Source: the human T2T-CHM13v2.0 reference genome, Homo sapiens. Taken from it: 64,000 bases of DNA. Made by a program: the position numbers and the translations under genes. The DNA lies in assembly GCF_009914755.1 (NCBI RefSeq), contig NC_060926.1. One strand, written 5' to 3'. This document shows, one piece after another, positions 57,101 through 64,000 of this stretch (positions are counted from its first letter, which is position 1; every line of letters starts with the position of its first letter). The notes under the pieces are model-generated. The model did no database searches. It was not told where the DNA came from and saw nothing but the letters and a program-made list of their open reading frames with translations.

Positions 57101-60100
57101 ACTTTATTTCTAACTGAGCTTATTTGAATCTTCTCTCTTCTTGGTTAATATAGCTAATGGCCTGTCAATTTTATTTATCTTTTCAGATAACCAGGTTTTA
57201 TTTCATTTATCTTATGTACTGTATTTTTGTTTCAATTTCATTTACTTCTGCTTTGATCTTCGTTATTTCTTTTCTTCTGCTGGGTTTGGGGGTCAATTGT
57301 TCTTGTTTCTCCAGTTTCGTGAAGTGTAAGCTTAGATGATCTATTTGTGCTCTTTCAGACTTTTTGATGTGGGCATTTAATGCTATGAGCTTTCCTCTTA
57401 GCATTGCTTTTGTTGTATCCCAGAGGTTTTGATAGATTGTGTCACTATTATTGTTCAGCTGAAGGAATTTTTAAATTTCCATCTTGATTTCATTGTTGAC
57501 CCAACAATTATTGAGGAGCAGGTTATTTAATTTCCATGTATTTTCATGGTTTTCAGGGTTCCTTTTGGAGTTGATTTCCAATTCTATTCCTCTGTGGTCC
57601 AAGAGAGTACTTAATATAATTTTGATTTTCTTAAATTTACTGAGACTTGTCTTGTGGCCTATCATATGGTCTATCTTGGAGAATGTTCCATGTGCTAATG
57701 AATGAGTGTATATTCTGTGGTTATTGGGTAGAATGTTTTCTAATATCTCTTGAGTCCATTTCTTGTAGGGTATAGTTTAAGTCCATTGTTTCTTTGTTGA
57801 CTTTCTGTCTTGATGACCTGTCCAGTGCTGTTAGTGGAGTATTAAAGTCCCCCACTATTATGGTGTTGCTGTCTATCTCATTTACTAGGTCTAGCAGTAA
57901 ATTTCTTACAAATTTGGGAGTTCCAGTGTTAGGTGCATATATATTTAGAATTGCGATATTTTCCTGTTGGACTAGTCCTTTCATCCTTATATAATGTCCC
58001 TCTTTGTCCTTTTCAACTGCTGTTGCTTTAAAGTTTGTTTTGTCTAATATAAGAATAGTTACTCCTGCTTGCTTTTGGTGTCCATTGACATGCAATATCC
58101 TTTTCTACCCCTTTACCTTAAGTTTATGTGAGTCTTTATGTGTTAGGTGAGTCTCCTGAAGACAGCAGAAACTTGGTGGGTGAATTATTATCTATTCTGC
58201 CATTCTGTATCTTTTAATGGAACATTTAGACCATTAACATTCAATGTTAGTATTGAGATGTGAGGTGCTATTCTATACATTGTGCTAATTTTGCCTGAAT
58301 ACGTTGTTTGTTTTTTCATTGTGTTGTTGTTATATAGATCCTGTGGGATTTATACTTTAAGGAAGTTCTATTTTGGTGGATTTGTTTCAAGATGTAAAGC
58401 TCCTATTAGCAGTTCTTCTAGTGCTGGCTTGGTAGTGGTGGATGCACTCAGCATTTGTTTGCCTGGAAAAGACTGCATCTTTCTTTCATGTATGAAGCTT
58501 ACTTTCAATGGATAAAAAATTCTTGGCTGATAATTATTTTAAGGAGCCTAAAAACAGGACACCAATCCCTTCTAGCTTGCAGGGTTTCTGCTGAGAAATC
58601 TGCTGTTACCCTCAAAGGTTTTCCTCTACAGATTACCTGATGCTTTTGCCTCACAGCTCTTAAGACTCTTTCCCTTGTCTTGACTTTAGATAACCTAATG
58701 ACTATGTGTCTAGACAATGATCTTTTTGCGATGAATTTCCCAGGTGTTCTTTGAGCTTCTTGTATTTGGATGTCTAGATCTCTAACAAAGCCAGGGAAGG
58801 TTTCCTCAATTATTCCCTCAAAGCTGTTTTCTAAATTTTTAGATTTATCTTCTTCCTCAGGAATTATTCTTAGGTTTGCACATTTAAGATAGTCCCAAAT
58901 TTCTTGGAGGACTCGTTTGTTTTAAAAAATTCTTTTTAATCTGAAAGCCTTGTCTTTGAGCTCTGAAGTTCTTTCTTCTGCTTGTTTGACTATATTGCTG
59001 AGACTTTCCAGTGCATTTTGCATTTGTCTAAGTGTGTCCTTGATTTCCAGAAGTTGTGATCATTTTTCATTTGTGCTATCTATTTCACTGAAGAAGTTTC
59101 CTTTCGTATCCTATATTATGTTTCTGATTTCTTTAAGTTGGACTTCACCTTTCTCTGGTGCCTCCTTGATTAGCTTAATAGTCAGCCTTCTGAATGCTTT
59201 TTTTTTTGGCAATTCAGAAATTTTGTCATTGTTCGGATCCATTGCTAGTGAGGTGGTACGATTTTGGGTGGTGTTAAAGAAGCTTGTTTTGTCATATTAC
59301 CAGAATTGTTTTTCTGGTTCCTTCTCATTTGGATAGACTATGTCAGAGGGAAGATCTGGGACTTAAGGGCTGCTATTTAGATTCTTTTGTCCCACTGGAT
59401 GCTCCCTTGATGTGGTTCCTCCCCTTCTCCTAGGAATGGGGCTTCCTGAGAGCCAATCTATAGTGATTGTCTTTTTCTCTTCTGGGTCTAGCCACCCAGC
59501 GGAGCTACCAGGCTCTGAGCTGGTACTGGGGAATGTCTGAAAAATGTCTTGTGATGTGATCTGTCTTCAGGTCTTGCAGCCATGGATACCAGCACCTGCT
59601 CCGGTGGTGATAGCAGGGGAGTGAAGTGGACTCTGTGAGGGTCCTTGGTTGTGTTTTTGTTTAGTGCACTGGTTTTGTGTTGGTTGGCCTCCAGCCAAGA
59701 GGTGGCACCTTCAAGAGCACATCAGCTGTGGTCATATAGGTAGGATGCAAACTTGCCCTAGGGACACCGGGTTAAGTATTCAGGTTTCTCAGGTGGTGGG
59801 CAGGGCCATAGAACTCTGAAGAGATTATGACCTTTGTCTTTGGTTACCAGGATGGGTAGAGAAAGACCGTCAGGTGTGGGCAGGGATAGGCAGGTCTGAG
59901 CTCAGCCCCTCCTTGGGCAGGGCTTGCTGCCGCTGCTGTGGGGGATGGGGGATGGTTCCCCAAGTCCAGTGAAGTTATATTCCCAAAGGGATTATGGCTG
60001 CCTCTGCTGAGTCATACAGCTCACCAGGGAAGTGGGGAAAAGCCAGTAGTCACAGGCCTCACCCCGCTCCCACACAGCCCACAGTCCTAAAGGCCAGTCT

Positions 60101-60418
60101 CACTCCCACAGTGCCCCACCAACAGCACTGAGTCTATTTTTTGGCAGCCGGTGACCAGGGCTGAGAACTTGCTCCAGACCACGAGCCTCCCCATTGAGAA
60201 AGCAAGCAGACTCACAGTTTTTTGGTGTCCCAGGGAGCATACAGCAGTGATCAAGTTCCTTCAAAGGGTCTGTGGGTTCTCTCAGCTTTGCTGGTATGTT
60301 CCTACAGTAGTTCTTGAAGCAAAAGTTCATGATGTGAGTCTCCACACGCTGGTCTATCCATCTGATCGAGAGCTGCAAGCTAGTCCTGCCTCTTATCAGC
60401 CATCTTAATTGAGATTTC
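54137..60418 (-). mobile_element. Full-length L1PB1/L1PBa-like element, ORF1 and ORF2 decayed
   Basis: 3' end ttcaataggtttttgggg...tttggttacatgaataagtt; ORF2 and ORF1 peptide remnants in the track (e.g. [32 protein letters not shown]); 5' end ctagtcctgcctcttatcagccatctt; 19-bp TSD at 54118-54136 and 60419-60437. Confidence 0.92.
54553..54676. repeat. 31-bp minisatellite, 4 copies, inside L1
   Basis: tttcttta(c/t)ccactc(a/g)ttgatt(g/t)atgg(c/g)aat repeated four times head to tail. Confidence 0.92.
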
Positions 60419-60437
60419 AGATTACATCAAATTTTCT

Positions 60438-61810
60438 AATAGGTGATCATGTCATCTGAAAATAAAGGTAGAATTATTTTTTTCCTTTTCAATCTCAGTG
60501 ACTTTTTTTCTTTACCTTATTGCACTGGCTACAATCTCTGGCACAGAGTTAATTAGAAGGGGTTGAAGCTGTCATTCTTGTCTTCTTCCTGATCTTAGAG
60601 AGAACATATTCAGTCTTTTTCCAGTATGGTGTTTACTAAAAGTTTTTAATTTGATACTTTTTATGGAGTTGAGAAAGTTTTCTTCTGTTTCTAATTGGTT
60701 GAGAGATTTTTTTCATCAAGAATGCATGTTGGAAATTTTTTTCAAAAGCATTGTCTATTTTTATTGAGATTGCCATTTTTAAAAATTTTTGGTATGTTAA
60801 TGCGATAGATTACATTGATTTTTGAATATTATGCTAATTCTGCATTCCTTGGATAGGTCCACTTAGCCATGATATATTCAATTTACTAAATTTTTGCTTG
60901 AAATTTCATAAATATGTTCGTGAAACATTGGTCTGTAGTTTTATTGTGATGTCTCTGTCTGACTTTCATATCAAAGTACTACTAGCTCACAGAATGTGTT
61001 GGATAATAGTTTCTCCTCATCAAAATTTTCTAGAAGAGAGTATGCAAAACTGGTCATATTTTTTTTTTATGTTTGGTAGATTTCACCAGTGACACCATCT
61101 GGGAGTTTTCTCTGAAAAAAAAAAAGTTCTTTTTTTACTACAAATTAAATTTCTTTAATAAACCTAGGGCTGTTTATATTATCTAATAATTCTTGAGTGA
61201 GCTTTGGTAGTTCATATCTTTATAGAGATTTGTCCATTTCATTTAAGTTGCTGAATTTATTAACATAAACCTGTTAATACTATTCCCTTATTATACTGTT
61301 AATATCTGTAGAATCTGTACTGATCCCAGCTTTCTCATTCCTTATATTTGTAATTTGTGCCTTCTCTATTTTTCACGCTCATCAATCTGGCTAGAGGTTG
61401 ATTGATTTTATTAATCTTCTTAAAGAGACTGTTTTTGGTCTCACTGATTCTCTCTACTGTTTTTCTGATATTAATATCATTGACTTCTGCTCTGATCTTT
61501 CTTTCTTTTTTTCTACTTACTTCGAGTTTAAGTTGTTCTTCTTTTTCTTGCTTCTTAGGGTGGAAACTTGAGACCTTTCTTCTTTTATGAGGCATTTAAT
61601 GCTATAAATTCCCCCTAATTTCTGGTTAAGCAGTCTCCCACAAATTTTGATATATTAACTTTCACTTCAATTCAGTTCAAAATGCTTCCTTTTCTCTTTG
61701 GATTGCATCTTTGACTCACAAGTTATTTATAAATATATTATTTAGTTTCCAAATATTTGGGAATTTTCCTGAGGTCTTCTAGTTGTTGATTTTTAAGTTA
61801 ATTCAATTGT
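60438..61810 (-). mobile_element. Old L1M ORF2 remnant
   Basis: gatcatgtcatctg...; ORF 61335-61595 (KKINKINQPLARL) is ORF2-like. Confidence 0.75.
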
Positions 61811-61879
61811 AAAATCATTTGCTTTTGCCTCTTATTCCCCGATCTGCCATTTCTAAACCAGCATTGTGGTTTCTTACTT

Positions 61880-62203
61880 GTGACTTTATAGCTTTCTCCA
61901 CTTCTCTAGCCAGCAAACTCCTATGTCTTTGTCAATGCCCACATCAGATACAGTGTTTTCTGTAAAATCTTCCCAAGCTCTTCCAGATGAAGTCTGTTGC
62001 TTTCTCTTTCATGCCTGCAAAATCCTTTATGTGCACTGATTTAAGGGTTCCTATCACACTGGGCTGCAGTTATGAGATTACAAGTTTGTCTCTTCCACTA
62101 GACTCTGAGGCCCTGAAGGTCAGGGCTGAAGTGCTATGCAGGTTTGTCTCTGCAGAGCCTGGTGTACAGCAGTATACAACAGTTTCTTAAATGAATGAAT
62201 GAG
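61880..62203 (+). mobile_element. L2 3' end
   Basis: tgtctcttccactagactctgaggccctgaaggtcaggg...taaatgaatgaatga terminus. Confidence 0.7.
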
Positions 62204-64000
62204 TCAGTGACAGAGCCACTTATTTTTGAGTCCCAAGCCTATCCCTCCAGCTCCCAGAATGACTCAACTACTAAAAACAAAGAGAAGATGTGACTATCAA
62301 GAAAGAGAGCGGGAGGAATAAATAGGCTTCTTTGTGTGAGAGAGAACCACGGACATGAAGCAGGCCTCTCAGGTATGGCAGGATGCCTGCTTTATGTCCA
62401 GGTTGACTTTGTGCCTGTAGGAACTGGGCTGGTGGTTATAGACCAGGTCTGGTCGGCCTTACCTATGCAGATGGTAACCAGGCCACCTATGAGTGAGTGC
62501 AGCCGACACAAAGCAGCACCATGCAGGTGTTCCCCATTCCAGCTGTGGGAAGCTGCTGGCTGAACACGGGAAACCATGTTTGCACCAGGCTTGGACCTGT
62601 GTGTGCACAGCAGTGTGTAGGCACATGTGTGTATGTTGGGGGAGTTGGGGGTGACTAATGGAGATGAATGATTACTTAATCTGAACTCATCAGGAATAAA
62701 GAGCCAACAGATTCCTTATTTCCATCTCTGCCTGCACTCAAGTGCATATACCAAAGCCTATGGTTTACATACTTTCCTAGTGATTTGATCTAAAAATATT
62801 TCACCTTTCCTAACCTGTGCCTGTCAGTGACTAACATTATCATAAAAAGTGCACTTTTACTGGGATTCCATAGCAGAAAAGGAGGCTCCCCTAGTAATAT
62901 TACGTGCCCTTTTAGGAAATTAACTTTTAAAAAAGACATCAGAATATCAGAATACTGAGCTTCCATGGGCAATTGTAGCTATCAGATATGACAGATATTG
63001 AATGGCTTTTCTCAGGGACCTGTCCACTCAATGTGTTCCACCATACCGCTTACAAAGCATTGCAACCAGAGTTTCCTATTACTCAACATTATGTGTATTA
63101 TTCTAAGTATAGAGGCCACTAGAATATCAAGAAACATATGGCACATCTTTCTAGCAATCTGGGATTCATCACTGAAATGCACACTCAGGATAGCTCAGGA
63201 AGATACCTACAGAAATGAATGGCTTGACTAGGAAAGGTTAGACCTTTGTATGTCTCTATCTGCAGCTTTGTCTACCATTTTTCCTATTATTTCTACACAA
63301 GCCTGCTGTGCTCCTAAAATACCATTCTTCTTAGCAATCTGGGGTGGGTGGGGACAGACTCCTGTAGATCCCCAAGTCTTTGATCAGTATGTAAAACTTT
63401 CAGGTAAGATCCTACCAAAAGGGCTTCCTAACTGCTTTGGCTTTTCCAGTAAATTAATGGACTCTATCCAGTTCGTATCTGGAAAAGCTTTTCGCTCTTT
63501 AACTAAAGATCAGGTAAGAATAATTGGACACACACTCCGGCATTGGAACTTGATAGAGTTTACTCTGGGACCTTATGGAGGACAAAGGATGAATGACATG
63601 CTGTAAATACTGGCCTCACTCCCCAGTGTCTCCTCTCTAAGGAGCTGGTAAAAACCTTAAACCCATGTGGGTGGAGCTCCAGGTATGTGTGAATCCTCTT
63701 GTGTGTGGTCCATGCAGGGGGCCCACAGAGTCAACCCGGGTTGCTTGTTCCTTCTTCTCAGCTGTCTTTGAAAACCTGGACCATATTCTTTGATCCCATC
63801 AGGGTATAGCTTCTCCTCAGTGTGTGCTGCACAGTGATGGCTGCATTTCTAAGAGAACACTCGGAGACCAGACCTGTTGTCTGGTACTCTCTCAGAAAGA
63901 GTGAGACCAAGTCCTGCAAGCCGACTTCACCCAGTCTGTGGGGAGCTGCCTTATTTCCTGAGAGGTGGCTTTTCGTTTACATTGATCCAACTCACTCTGG

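Noticed and set aside
62300-64000. Unique sequence with short ORFs and GTAAG motifs
   Set aside because: No coherent exon structure, CpG island or recognisable peptide; cannot support a call.

Overview
AT-rich primate (human/great-ape-like) nuclear DNA, mostly transposable elements: Alu, L1 of several ages, L2, MIR, MaLR/ERV LTRs and DNA-transposon relics. I recognise no intact cellular protein-coding gene, RNA gene or CRISPR array, and most ORFs in the track are repeat-derived or chance. A few minus-strand exon candidates in the first 13.3 kb suggest the 5' end of an unidentified spliced transcript running off the left edge. The stand-out structure is a near-full-length L1PA3-like element (36664-42451, 16-bp TSD) with a twin-priming 5' inversion that cuts ORF2 between codons 258 and 259 with no apparent loss. 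This has two consequences. (i) An uninterrupted stand-alone endonuclease ORF lies on the minus strand. (ii) The L1 antisense promoter and ORF0 now point into the rest of ORF2, fused in frame (ORF0 1-29 :: ORF2 259 onward, currently ended by one nonsense change at 39565). Other notable items: two multi-level nested TE stacks with intact TSDs, a full-length L1PB1-like element with a 19-bp TSD and a possible micro 3' transduction, and a 60-bp near-perfect palindrome. Subfamily names come from recalled consensus motifs, not from a database search.
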